Part shown: one piece after another, positions 25,886-38,199 of the stretch
Numbering within the stretch: the first letter of the stretch is position 1
Layout of the letters: every line of letters begins with the position of its first letter
Assembly (NCBI GenBank): GCA_024137785.1
Contig: JAHRHZ010000031.1
Location: 4,623,684 to 4,687,683, forward strand
Direction of reading: 5' to 3'
Source of the DNA: Ginglymostoma cirratum
Taxonomy: Eukaryota
Length of the DNA stretch: 64,000 bases
Translations under genes and position numbers: made by a program
The notes under the pieces: generated by a model
What the model saw: only the letters and a program-made list of their open reading frames with translations
Databases searched by the model: none
Told to the model about the DNA's origin: nothing

Positions 25886-27090
25886 CTCCTCCTTTATTCC
25901 CAACACGTCCCCACTCCCATGGCACCTCTCCTTGCAAAGGGGAGGCAATGGTCCAGTGGTATTATCACTGGACTGTTAACCCAGAGACTCAGATAACATT
26001 CTGGGGACCCATGTTTAAATCCCGCCATGGCAGATTGTGGAATTTGAATTCAATAAATATCTGGAATTAAGAATCTAATGATGACCATGAATCCATTGTC
26101 AGGAGAATTGTCAGGAAAAACCCATCTGGTTCACCAATGTCCTTTAGGGAAGGAAACTGCCATCCTTACCTGGTCTGGCCTACATGTGACTCCAGACCCA
26201 CAGCAATGTGGTTGACTCTTAACTGCCCTCTGGGCAATTAGGGATGGGTAATAAATGCTGCCTCACCAGTGACGCCTTCATCCTGTGAATGAATAAATTG
26301 CAGGATGTGTAATGCATGGCCGCTTACTTCCTCCACCCTCACTATCCCAGGCCCCAGACACATCTTTCAGGTGAAACAGCGCTTTACTTGCACTTCACTC
26401 AATCTAGTCCAATGTATTTGCTGCTCACAAATGTGGTCTCCTCTATATTATGATATTATGGAAATGAAGCACAGACTGGGGGACTGCTTTGGAGAAAACC
26501 TGCACTCTGTCTGCAAAAATGACCCTGAGCTTCCAATTGCCTGCCACTTCAACACTTCACCCTGTTTCCTACCCAATATATCTCTCTCAGATTTACTGCA
26601 GTTCCCCAGTAATGTTCAGTGCAAACTGGAAGAATAGCACCTTATTTTCTGTTTAGGAACTCTGCAGCCTTCTGGAATCAATGTTGAGTTCAACAATTTT
26701 AGAGCTATAGCACCTTCCCCCATGCCTTTTCCCCACCCCACACATCAAGGGCTGTGTGGGCTGCTACCACACACAATCTATTGTCAACTTCTAATAGTTC
26801 CCATTAGCAATTATTCATTACATCAGACTGACCTTTACTCAGTCCTTCATCTGTGCAACTATATTTCTTTCTCTTTGGGCTCTACCCCACCTATCATTTG
26901 ATCTTTCCCCCACCCCATCTTCTAATTAATACCAACCTTTTCTGAGCTACCATCAGTTCTGAAGCGGAGTCACTGGACCCAAAATATTAATTCTGCTTTC
27001 TCTTCACAGATGCTGCCAGACCTGCTGAGTTTTTCCAGCAATTACTGTTTTTGTTTCTGATTGCCAGCATCTGCAGTTCTTTCAGTTTTC
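25886..27090 (+). mobile_element. Penelope-like (family B) GIY-YIG endonuclease relic plus pLTR, split by a SINE
   Basis: HGTSPC|CRMCN..TIPGPRHIFQVKQRFTCTSLNLV.CICCS..RLGDCFGENL..NDPELPIACHFN..KLEE. The pLTR with its tail ends at about 27090. Confidence 0.9.
25939..26298 (+). mobile_element. Full-length tRNA-derived SINE (family B)
   Basis: A-box 'tggtccagtgg', B-box-like 'gtttaaatcc', near-identical to 36119-36470, and ends 'gaatgaataaa'. Confidence 0.9.
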
Positions 27091-27149
27091 TACCTAATCA
27101 GAGCCAGAGTATTGTTGGTACCAGCTTCTTTTCCCACTCCCACACCATT

Positions 27150-27780
27150 ACTTCTCATGTCCCACAGGGGTCTATCTGTGTCCCCCCTGCTATCCCTCCT
27201 CTGCATTCTGACCCTTGATACCACCATCCGAAAACATAGAATTTTTAGTTTTCACATTGCTCTGATGCTACATCACCAACATATTTCTCATCCCCTCCAC
27301 TGCCTCCAAAACTGTCAGATTGCTCATCCAGTACCCAGGAATGAGGAGCAGAACTTTCTTTAAAATAAATATTGGTGGTGTGGTGGCTCGAATCTTCTGG
27401 TCTCCATGACATCAGAGACCAGATGTACAATTGGAGATGCACACGAAGATCTTGATGAAGTCCTGATGTGCTGAACTACACACAGTTTCAATTTCTGACT
27501 GATAATTCTCCTGCTCCCGAAAACCCTCTAAGAAACTCTCCGACTCTGTATTGCAGCCAGAGACTTCAGACAGTTCCAATCAACTTACGAAGCAGTCACC
27601 CAGGAAAAGTGAGACAGTAAAATCTAATATAATCCCTAAGTAACTCCGGAAACAGAAAAGGATACCCCAATCATTCACACTTCTTAAACACCAACCCCTC
27701 TAGATTAATCCTCTTTCACTGCCCACTACTGTCTAATAACCTGACTCCCGTGCTTGAACTCCTAATTGTCATCCATCCAC
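27150..27780 (+). mobile_element. L2 LINE RT relic
   Basis: GLSVSPLLSL..FSFH.. and ..QNFL.NI relics. Probably continues the L2 at 25560-25885. Confidence 0.5.
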
Positions 27781-27793
27781 CATCTTACCCAAA

Positions 27794-27942
27794 TAAAAAC
27801 CGAAAGAACTGTGGATGCTGTAAATCAGGAACAAAAACAGAGGTTGCTGGAAAAGATCAGCAGGCCCAAAACATTAATGCTGATTTTTTGTTCACAGATG
27901 CTGCCAGACCCACTGAGCTTTTCCAGCAACTTCTGTTTTTGT
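27794..27942. mobile_element. PLE family B mini fold-back insertion
   Basis: 'acaaaaacagaggttgctggaaaagatcag' pairs with 'ctgagcttttccagcaacttctgtttttgt'. Degenerate flanking repeat accatcttaccca/actatcctatcca. Confidence 0.75.
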
Positions 27943-28039
27943 ACTATCCTATCCATTCAGTAATTCATCCATTCACCCTTTTGTGAAGCTTCAAATTAAA
28001 GCTTTAAACATGCTGGATTGCAACTAATACTGTCCACTT

Positions 28040-28644
28040 AGATAACAAGGTGTGGAGCTGGATGAACACAGCAGGCCAAGCAGCATCAAAGGAGCAGGAA
28101 AGCTTGACGTTTCGGGCCTAGACCCTTCATCAGAAATGGGGGAGGGGAAGAGGGTTCTGAAATAAATAGGGAGAGAGGGGGAGGCAAAATCTCCCCTCCC
28201 CCAACCGCATCCCAAAACCAGCCCAGCTCGTCCCCGCCTTCCTAACCTGTTCTTCCTCTCACCTATCCCCTCGTCCCATCTCAAGCCGCACCCCCATCTC
28301 CTATCTACTAACCTCATCCCGCCCCCTTGACCTGTCCGTCCTCCCTGGACTGACCTATCTCCTCCCTACCTCCCTACCTACACTCACCTTTACTGGCTCC
28401 ATCCCAGCCTCTTTGACTTGTCTGCCTCCTCTCCACCTATCTTCTCCTCTATCCATCTTCTATGCGCCTCCCCCTCTCTCCCTATTTATTTCAGAACCCT
28501 CTTCCCCTCCCCCATTTCTGATGAAGGGTCTAGGCCCAAAACGTCAAGCTTTCCTGCTCCTATGATGCTGCTTGGCCTGCTGTGTTCATCCAGCTCCACA
28601 CCTTGTTATCTCTGATTCTCCAGCATCCACAGTACGTATTATCT
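28040..28644. mobile_element. PLE family A fold-back insertion with 16-bp TSD
   Basis: ctaatactgtccactt (28024-28039) versus ctaatactgtgcacat (28645-28660). Arm 28040-28185(-) is inverted relative to 28186-28644(+). Confidence 0.92.
28106..28133 (-). ncRNA. Minimal hammerhead ribozyme, intact core (PLE family A)
   Basis: Minus strand reads ttt-CTGATGA-a-gggtc ta ggccc-GAAA-CG-TC-aag. Confidence 0.75.
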
Positions 28645-29620
28645 CTAATACTGTGCACATCCTGCTTTGTCCCAATTTTACTCAGCTGTGCCAAAGTGCT
28701 ATGAGGGACATCACACTCTGCATTTTTGTTAAATGGAACCTGAAATGTGAAGCAGAACTGTGCTGGGGGGATAGTATGTGCAGAGCAGCAATACAATGAT
28801 CATTGCTAATCCTCAGAAGGCTTGAGCCATAGTTTAAACCTTAGAAAAAATACTTGGAACTTAATGTACCAGTCATACTGGAGATCCATTTGAAGCATTC
28901 AAGATGAGTTGGACAAGTATATGTGATTCACTTGTTTCCCTTTTTCCTACTAGGACTGCCTCCATGTCCATACTTCTTCATCACTCTGGAATTCTTTCCA
29001 ACCCCCATATTCCTCTAATGCATCTGAACTCATCTAACTCATGTGCTCATGCCTTCTGTTGGCAAGAAAGATCAACAATTCCACCTTCTCTAAACTTCTC
29101 TGCTTCTTGAACCGTCTCTTCTCCTTTAAGATTCTCCCTTTTAACCAAGCAATGTGCCATCATGTGGTTCAGTATAAAATTCTGATTTATAACCATCCTG
29201 TGAAGCATCTTGGAATGTTTATTGCTTTAATGTTGCACTATAAATTAAGTTTCTGTTGTTGCCATCAATGTAGCACCAGCAGTCAGCAGCTACAATCTAA
29301 CTACATCTGAACCACATAGCTCATTACAGCAGATCCTACAGCTTGCCCTGGCAAGCAAGTGAATGATAAGTAAGTTAACCCTTCAGAAAATAGATTTCTG
29401 TTCAAGAGGATCATTGTTTTCATAATTGAGAAATGATATCTTTTGACAACCTGCATTAATAAAATTCACAATATAATACACAGGAAAAATGAAGAATACT
29501 AAAGCCAATGAGTTCAGTTCCATGTTTAGCAACAGGATAAAAAAAACACTGATATGATGAACCTAGGAGTATTCATGGTCCAGGCATGTCGTAAAGAACG
29601 CGTCCAATATTGACCACTAT

Positions 29621-29771
29621 AGATAACAAGATGAAGAAAAGATGAAGGGTCTAGGCCCGAAACGTCAAGCTTTCCTGCTCCTATGATGCTGCTTGGCCTG
29701 CTGTGTTCATCCAGCCCCACACCTTGTTATCTCGGATTCTCCAGCATCTGCAGTACCTTTTAGCTCTGATA
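29621..29771 (+). mobile_element. PLE family A short insertion with perfect 16-bp TSD and 10-bp inverted arm
   Basis: caatattgaccactat at 29605-29620 and 29772-29787. Begins with inverted 'agataacaag'. Confidence 0.92.
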
Positions 29772-30589
29772 CAATATTGACCACTATTGCTTTTAACTTG
29801 ACAGGAGAGGACAGAAGACTCAATCACTAGACAGAACACTTCAATTAGTTAGTAACTAATCATGTGGTTTTTTTTTGAAGAATGTATTTGATAAAGCCTA
29901 TCAGTATTCTGTTCAAGACCACATTAATTAACCATTCAATGTCAATGAAATTCAAAGGTTGGTTAGCAATGATACAGACCTTTATTCACAAAAGATATTA
30001 AGATAAAAGAGAATAAACATTCTGAAACCATTTATTGCGAACACAAATTCAAAGATTTTTAAATGCTCAGCAAAATTATAATCCCACTAATCCAAATATT
30101 CCTTTAAAAATTGAAAAGACAAGCAACGGCTTTTGTATCTGATACAAATATACCCCTGGTAAAGTACTCAAGACACACCTTGAATTTTAGATGTAAACAC
30201 CGCTCATACAGTACTGACAATGGAGTGCCTACCTTCAATACTTTGATACGTTGAAGTTCTTTGGGGCTTTAACATATAGACTATAACTGCTTCTTCCTGA
30301 GCTATTATACATTGGAGGTTAAACATACTTAGCTTTAAATAACCTCTTCAGGATTTTATGGTCTTGGACTAACACCAATTCTTCATGACAAGGTAACTTA
30401 GTTTATTATATCCTCCCCTTCTCAAGAGCACTGAATTGTACATCTATCTTCATCCAAGAAATTCAGAGGACTGTACTAAAACTAAAATTTAAGCATAAAA
30501 TTAAAACCTCCCCCGCTGAGCTAAGGGTCTTGCACTACAATAAATAAAAATCCATTATTGGTACGCAATATTTGAAAGCAAGGCCTCAA

Positions 30590-31770
30590 AAGCTGTCTTG
30601 AAAAAAATCACCATGGCTGTAAAAATACTTGCAAGCTAACTTTTGCTTCTCTGGGTGCTGCTGGGCCTTAGTGCAAATAAGTCACCTTACCTTCCAAATT
30701 CACAGTTGGCCAACTTTATAACCACATTGCTTTTTGTAGTCAATAAACCAATTTAGTCAAATGGTACATATTTCTTCCCAAGGTTAACTAAAAACAACCA
30801 CATCATTTCTGTTAACAGCACAATTAATCTGTCAAGTAATTTGTAGATTAACCATTGAAACATTGCTAGTTCATTTTTCATTACAAATGTTATAAATTTG
30901 CATTGATAAAGTCCACCTGCTTTTACAAAAGCAAATATTTTCTGATCTCTCTTAGTTTCAGGAACTTGCTAGTCTTCCTTGAGCAAGATAAAAATTGTGA
31001 CAAGCCAGGCATGTTGTTTGATATAATTTCCAGTCTCAGTATTGGGTAGGAGTCCACTTTCATTACCATGTTGACTTTCAGATAATTAATGCACAATCTT
31101 AATGACCTATCCAGTTTTGGAACTATCATAATAGGTGAGTGCCAGCTACTTAGATTCAATTCATTAATGTTATTGACCATCATGAATTGAATCTCTTTCC
31201 TCACCTGAGCTATTGTTTCTAGACTGAGTCTGGATAGGTGTTGCTTTATCAGCCATGTATTCCCCACAATATTAACAGCATGAACAGCCAAACCTGTTTC
31301 TCCTGGCCTATTCTCACAAATTGAATTATAATTCTCGAATCACATCCATAAGTCATCTCAATAGTTTTCTGGTAGTCATAATGTTCCGGTAGTCATAATC
31401 TTTTACACATTTCTGTGTTTTCCTATATACTTGTTTAGACAGTTAGTTTTTGAAGTTTTCATTTTAGATTCATTATCTCACCACTCTGATATTTCTTTTA
31501 TGCTTTCAACTTTCTTCAGTAGCGTAAGTATTATTTTCTCCCGATTATTGTCCCTATCAGGTTCAACACACTTGTTGACTCCATCTCCTATCCAGAGTGC
31601 ACAGCAAATAACATACATCACTGAGCTTCTTCCTGACTTGATAAGGTCCAGCCAACCCTGTTTTGGATGGTTCACCTACGAGAGGCAACAACAATTACAC
31701 TCTGAGTCCTGCAACAAAGTTTTGAACATTGACCTTTTTGTTTTCACTATCTGTTGAGCCTAGGTCAAAA
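30590..31770 (-). mobile_element. Gypsy (Gmr1-like order) pol relic: integrase C-terminus upstream of RT
   Basis: Minus strand: LLLPLVGEPSKTGLAGPYQVRKKLSDVCYLLCTLDRR (31560-31740), then RT SWHSPIMIVPKLDRSLRLCINYLKVN..DSYPILRLE (ORF 30923-31291). Confidence 0.8.
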
Positions 31771-32774
31771 GTTTCTTTCACATGCATTAGTTAGTTTCTC
31801 TCAGATCCCTCTGCATCTCAGAACTCTGTAATCTCTTGCTATTTAAATAATATTACTTTTACTCTTCTTGTTAAAATAGACAATTCCATATTTTTCCACA
31901 TTATATTCTAGTTACCACATCTTTGCCATTCACTGAACCTACCTATAGCTTTCTATAGCCTCCTTTTGTCCTCTTCATAACTTGTTTGCTTGCCTATCTT
32001 GAGTCATCAGCAAATTTTGCATGAGTATCTTCTATTTCTTCATCCATGTTATTTACATAAATTTGTAAACAGTTGAGGTCCCAGCATCAATTCTTGTGGT
32101 GCATCACTCATTAAATTTTACCAACATGAGAAAGACCCATTTAAGCCTACAGTCTGCTTCCTGTTAACCACCCAATTTTATATTCATGTCAATATTCTAC
32201 CTGGTACTCCATGAGCTTTTATATTCTACAATTATCTTTGATGTGGCAAAAGCCTTCTGGCAATCTAAGTATAGAACAACTACCTGTTCTCCTCTATCCA
32301 CAGTATATGTTCCTTCCTCACAGAACTCCAATAGATTGATTGGTTTTGACAAAACTGAATTGATTCTCTCTGATTACTTTGTACATACGTGAGTGCCATG
32401 CTAAAAGTTCTTTCATATGAGCTTCTGACATTTTCCCTACGACAGATGTCAAGTTAACTGGATTGTATATTCTTGTTTTCTATTTTCCTCCCTTTTTAAA
32501 TGAATGTGTTATGTCTTACAATTTAAAGCGACCTTGCCCAAACCAAGGGAATTCTGAAAAATTAAAACCAATTCATCAACTATTTCACTGTTTTTCACTG
32601 CTGTTTTTAAATGATTTTCAATCTTCTGTCTTGCCACCCATCTTTGTACAAATTTATGCTTTTTCTTTGAGGATAATTCTATCTTTAACCATTCCAATTT
32701 ATCAGGATGGTTGGTGGATTCACATCTTGGAATCTTTATTACTTTTTGAAATGTATCTATTCTGTATATTCTGA

Positions 32775-33080
32775 AATCAGGTAATGTTCTGGAAACCTGT
32801 GTTTACCATGGCAGATGGTGGAATTTGAATTCAAAATGAAATTGGAATTAAAATTTTAATGACAATGATGAAACCACTGCCGATTTTTGGAAAAACTCAT
32901 CTGGTTCATTAATGCCCCTTAGGGAAGAAAACTGCCATCCCTACCTGGTCTGGCATGCATGTGACTCCAGACCCACAACAATTGTTGACTTGCAACTGCT
33001 GTCTGAGCAAATTAGGGATTGGCAATAAATATTAGCCTAGCCAGCAATGACCACATCCAATAAATGAATGAAAAAATAAA
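32775..33080 (+). mobile_element. 5'-truncated tRNA-SINE (family B)
   Basis: Aligns by eye with 26000-26298. Confidence 0.85.
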
Positions 33081-34145
33081 ATATGATTTCAGACCCCTTT
33101 CCTCAACAGAATGCAAAATTAGATGACCTTACTATGAGTTCATTAACTAATCCTATCGCATCATACATACCAGGTCTATAGTCTGTTCTCTGCTCTGTGC
33201 CAAAATGTGCTGTTCAAAGAAACAATTCCTAAACATTCTATGAACCTGTCACCTAGGCTACCATCTGACTGTTTCAGGTTATGTGTAGATCAAAATCACC
33301 AATGATTATCAGAGAGCATTTCTGACAAGTTCTCATTATTTCTTCCTTTTAGCTGCACCCTGCTCTTTCAATATGGTTATTAGATGGCTCGTACATCAAT
33401 CTCTCAAATAACTTTGTACCTTCATCATTTCTCATTTCTACCCAAAGCATTTCCATATCCTGGCTTCCTAAACCAAGGTCGCCATTGTGCCATTAGCATC
33501 ATTAACCTTCCACAATTTACAAGCCTCTAAATGCCCTTTACCCTTCAACATTCAGGTCCCAATTCATGTCATCCTGCAGCCATGTCTCTGTAATTGTTGA
33601 ACAATTTTTTTAGTTGTGTTTGCAGTTCATCTGTTTTGTTTTGAATTCCAAATGCATTCAGATAGAGTCTTTAGTTTTATCATTTTATTCTATTTGTAAC
33701 TTCTAGTTTTGTCTGTTGGTTTACCTTTAGATTTGTACCCTCCAACCCCTTCCTGTCTGTTCACCATTTTCCAAATTAACTCCTTCCTCTTCGGCCTTGG
33801 CTCTACTCTTTGATTTACTACATCTTCCCAAATTTAATCCATTGCCCAAACTATTTAGTTTAAAATTCTCTCAACTTCCCTTGTCATATAGCATGCAAGA
33901 ATACCATTCCATCTGGCCCATCAATATAGATCCCACTTTTGAAAGAACGAGTACCAATGATCCATAATCTGGAACTGATTTTTACCACATTTGTCTCTCT
34001 TATCTAAATTGCCTAATGTCAATTTACATGTGACCTATGTAATAAACATGGAAAGACCAAAGAACAAAGAGGCCCTTCAGCCCTCCAAACCTGTGCCAAC
34101 AAATGTTGCCCTTCCATACTGAAACTGTCCTCACTTATAGGAGTA

Positions 34146-34615
34146 GAGAGATAGTAGGAACTGCCGATGCTGGAGAATCTGAGATAACAAGGTGTAGAGC
34201 TGGATGAACACAGCAGGCCAAGCTGCATCAGAGGAGCAGGAAAGCTGATGTTTTGGGTCGAGACCCTTCTTCAGAAATGGGAGAGGGGAAGGGGATTCTG
34301 AAATAAATAGGGAGAGGGGGGAGGCGGATAGAAGATGGATAAAGGAGAAGATAGGTGGAGAGGAGACAGACAAATCAAAGAGGCAGGGTTGGAGCTAGTA
34401 AAGGTGAATGTAGGTGGGGAGTTAGGGAGGGGATAGTTCAATCCAGGGAGGACGGACAGGTCAAGGAGGCGAGATGAGGTTAGTGGGTAGGAGATGGGGG
34501 TGGGCCTTGAGGTGGGAGGAATGGTTAGGAAGCGGGGGACGATCTGGGCTGGTTTTGGGATGCTGTCGTGGGAGGTGAGATTTTGAAGTTTGTGAAGTCC
34601 ACATTGATACCCTTT
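34146..34615 (-). mobile_element. PLE family A pLTR plus ORF end
   Basis: GINVDFTNFKISPP matches the C-terminus of the element at 41835-41990. Full tail at the left end. The hammerhead core is mutated. Confidence 0.9.
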
Positions 34616-34616
34616 G

Positions 34617-35585
34617 GTATCTTATAGGATCTGTATCCCTCTATTCCTTTCCTATTCATGTATTCATCCAGGTGCTTCATGAATGCTGCCATTGTGTCTG
34701 CTTCCATCACCCCCTCTGACAACGCATTCCAGGTACTCATCACCCTTTATGTGAAAAACTTGCCTCGCACATCTCTTTTAAACATTCCTCTCCCCATACT
34801 TTGAACCCAAGTCCCCTAGTAATTGACCCCTTCACCCTGGGAAAAAGCCTCATAATTTCCACTCCATCCATGCCATTCACAATCTTATAAACTTCTAACA
34901 GGTTGCCCCTCAACCTCCTGCTTTCCAATGAAAACAAACCCAGTCGATCCAACTTTCTTCATAACTAAAATCCCCCATAAAAGGCAATATCTTGGTAAAA
35001 CTTTTCTATACCCTCTCTGAAGCATCCACATTCTTCTGGTAGTGTGGTGACCAAAAGTATATGCAATATTCCAAGTGTGGCCTAACTAAACTGTAAAGCT
35101 GGAGTATAACTGTCTATCTTTATTGTCAATGCCCCTTCCAATGAAGGCAAACATGCCATTGGCCTTTTTTACATACTTATCTACCTGCACTGCCACCTTC
35201 AGTGATCTGTGGACCTGCACAGCCAGATCTCTTTGCATATCAATACTCCTAAGAGTTCTGCCATTCACTGTATAATTTCCACCTGTACTTGACCTTCCAA
35301 AATGCATCACCTCACATTTGACCTGATTAAACTCCATCTGCCATTTTTCTGCCCATGCCTCCAACTGATATATCTTGCTGTAACCTCTGACAATCCTCTT
35401 CACTATCCACTACACCACCAATCTGTGTATCGTCCACAAACTTATTGATTAGACCAGCCACACTTCCCTCCAAATCATTTGTGTAGAACATGAACAGCAG
35501 AGTCCCAGCACTGATATCTGTGGAATACCGCTCATCACAACTCTCTATTCTGAAAAGCATCTTTCCACTGCTACCATCTATCTTC
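34617..35585 (-). mobile_element. CR1 RT 3' fragment
   Basis: ORFs 35086-35403 (WAEKWQMEFN..KCEVMHFG), 35327-35560 (KFVDDT) and 34740-34952 (LGLFSLESRRLRG). Confidence 0.9.
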
Positions 35586-36118
35586 TAAGACTGAGTAATT
35601 ATCACCTTGGAGGTACTACTTCTTAAGTTGGCACTGAGCTCCTCATACTATGTTTGTCTTACCAATGTGTCTCATACACATGAGTACCAAAGTGACTGGA
35701 TCGTCCTCCTCCTCTTCCTACTTCAAATTACCTTCCACTCCTGAGCAGATGTCCTGAACCTTGCTACCTGTCAAGAAACATAATCTCCTGCACTTGCACT
35801 CTTTGCGCCAAAGGACAGTGTCAATCCTTTTGACATGCTGTTGCCATTTACCACTAAATTCCTCTTTACTGTCCCAACTTGAATGGCTTCCCCACTATGG
35901 TGCCGTAATCAATTGATAATCCACATCACAGCTTCCAGTCTCATCCAGACAAACTGAAAGGACCTCGAACGTGTTGGACAAACTTCAAAAGCCAAGGGCC
36001 CTGTGTTCCGCCCTCTGGGTACCCTTACCTGCCCCACTCACAGTCACAATTTTCTGTTCCTGAATACTGACCAAATACCGACCACATTGTCCATTCTGCC
36101 ATTCTGCCATCCTTAAAA

Positions 36119-36470
36119 GGGGAGACAATGGCCTAGTGGTATTATCGCTGGACTGTTAATCCAGAGACCCAGCTAACATTCTGGGACCCAGGTTCCAATC
36201 CCGCCACAACAGATGGTGGAATTTGAATTCAATAAATATCTGGAATTAAGAATCTAATGATGACCATGAATCCATTGTCGATTGTCAGGAAAAACCCATA
36301 TGGCTCGCTAATGTCCTTTAGGTAAGGGAACTGCCATCCTTGTCTGGCCTACATGTGACTCCAGACCCACATCAATGTGATTGACTCTTAACGGCCCTTC
36401 GGGCAATTAGGGATGGGCAATAAATGCTGCCTAGCCAACAATGCCCTCATCCTGTGAACGAATAAAGAAA
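36119..36470 (+). mobile_element. Full-length tRNA-derived SINE (family B)
   Basis: A-box 'tggcctagtgg', B-box 'ggttccaatcc', LINE family B-type tail and A-rich end. Confidence 0.9.
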
Positions 36471-37079
36471 ACAAAAAGTGTGCTAATTAGCTACTTAGTT
36501 ATATTATTCAATTATACATTTACTTATGTTTTTGTATCTTTTATTCACCTTATTGACAGTTGCTATGTTGAACATTGAGAACAGAATAAACCTCAGCTAC
36601 TTAACTGTTACTCACCAAATAACTAACCTCTTCTTCTTCTCGTAGAATAAAAATCAGATGGTGGAAGGTGAAAAAAATTAGAAAAAGCAAAAACCGTGTA
36701 GCACATCTCTCCTTTTCTCCCTTTAAATACATTAATCAGCCAACTCCAGCAGTTTATTGTGAGTCAAGTGCAAGTACAAAATGACATCAAATTGATTGAT
36801 TTATGGACACAAAAAGGTCTATTCAAACCAATTATAATAGAACCAGTTTGAGTTGCTTTTTGGATTAGTTATGCAGAACTGCCCATCCAGTGGTGACTTT
36901 GTTAATACCCTGCTTAAAGGTGGTACGTTCAAAATTTAAATTGTAGTTTTCAGCTAAATGCTAACTACAAACTGTAAGGAAGGTTAGATTTTTACAAAAT
37001 AAAACCTTTCTATCCATCTAATTGTGAGCATTCGGTCCCCATGGCCGTAGAATATTAGGATTATTGCACTTAAGAGCAA

Positions 37080-37350
37080 GGATAAGTCACTTAGCCCTTT
37101 GAACCTATTTCACCATTCAATAAGATCACGGCTGATCTCGTTGTGATCTCAGCTCTACTTTCCTGTCTGATCCCATAACCTATGATTCCTTTGCCAAAGC
37201 AAAATTTACTTAACTGAGCCTTGAGTAACTTTAAAGTCCTAATCTCTATTTCATTGTAGGAAGAGAATACCACACTCTAAGCAATCTCTGAGAAAAAAGA
37301 CTGTCTTAAAAGGGAGACATCTTATTCTTAAACCACGTTTCTTGTTTCCA
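37080..37350 (-). mobile_element. CR1 3' end fragment
   Basis: KAQLSKFCFGKGIIGYG (ORF 37091-37273) plus 3' UTR. Confidence 0.7.
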
Positions 37351-38199
37351 GGACCTGAGCCTCTAGACCTACGACAATAAGACGATGGCACCATTTCCCT
37401 ATAAAATTATTTAAAAATAGATGATTTACCTCCCTGAATAACGAACAGGATGTGTGATGCTACAGGTATCACAGGGCTTCTGCCTGATCTGAAAACTGTT
37501 ACAAGAAGGAAGAGGCACATATAATTTAGAGAACATGATCAACTCCTTTAAATTGGGTGCTGTGTAGATGCCACAGTGGGGTGGCTTTAAATGAGACAGT
37601 TATAATCAAAGCTTAGATCCATCTTTGTAGTTGTAATATAGAAAGAGGTGGGAAAAAAAGTTGATGTTTTCAAACATGTGCACAGATCCAAGTGAAAAAT
37701 TAATTCCTCGGTCACAAAAGGCTGCCAAGGTAAGTGCTATTCACATTTTGCTTTACTGTACAGCTTTGTGTTCTGATGCAAATTAATCACACTCCTTTGG
37801 AAACTTGCCATGGCAGCATAGAACAGTGACACTCTGCATTTTGCCCAGGTATGTTCCAGCCTTAAACAGCACTGTGCCATGACAAAGCATCTGCTCTGTG
37901 TCATATCAAATATGCCAAGTAATAAACACACAGCCTATTAGCCGAAGGTACCTATATGCTGCATGTTTCACAATCTCACTTCAGGTGCCAGTAGAGCTTG
38001 AGGGCCTTTTTTAATTTTTACAACATACATCTCTTCTAAATCTGCTCAAAGTAAGATGCTGCTTCGAACCAGCATTAAATACTTGTAAATGATTGGACCA
38101 AAAAATTAAGTCAACAGATGAAAAGCTAAACAACTAAAAATCTTGAAACAGTTACAAAAGCAATTAGAGGTGGGAAATAAATGCTGGAATTTAAGATTT

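Larger units (their letters stand above)
31770..36080 (-). mobile_element. Old CR1 (ORF1, APE, RT relics) carrying several nested insertions
   Basis: YLNAFGIQNKTDEL..ITETWLQDDMNWDLNVEG (33540-33665), LYLDCQKAF (about 32260), KFADD (about 32010), and ORF1-like pieces at 35600-36000. Confidence 0.7.

Noticed and set aside
25369-25937. Minus-strand ORFs of 109 and 66 aa as a novel gene
   Set aside because: They are largely antisense to an L2 RT fragment on the plus strand.
28418-28615. Recurrent small ORF 'MSASSPPIFSS...PISDEGSRP' (also 34131, 41323, 43496) as a peptide gene family
   Set aside because: It is the translation of the PLE pLTR, starts at non-ATG codons, and has variable ends.
37631-37735. 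99-bp candidate exon with a perfect CAAG|GTAAGT donor and nearby octamer and X-box-like motifs
   Set aside because: Stops in all three frames and no supporting neighbours. A non-coding exon cannot be supported from sequence alone.
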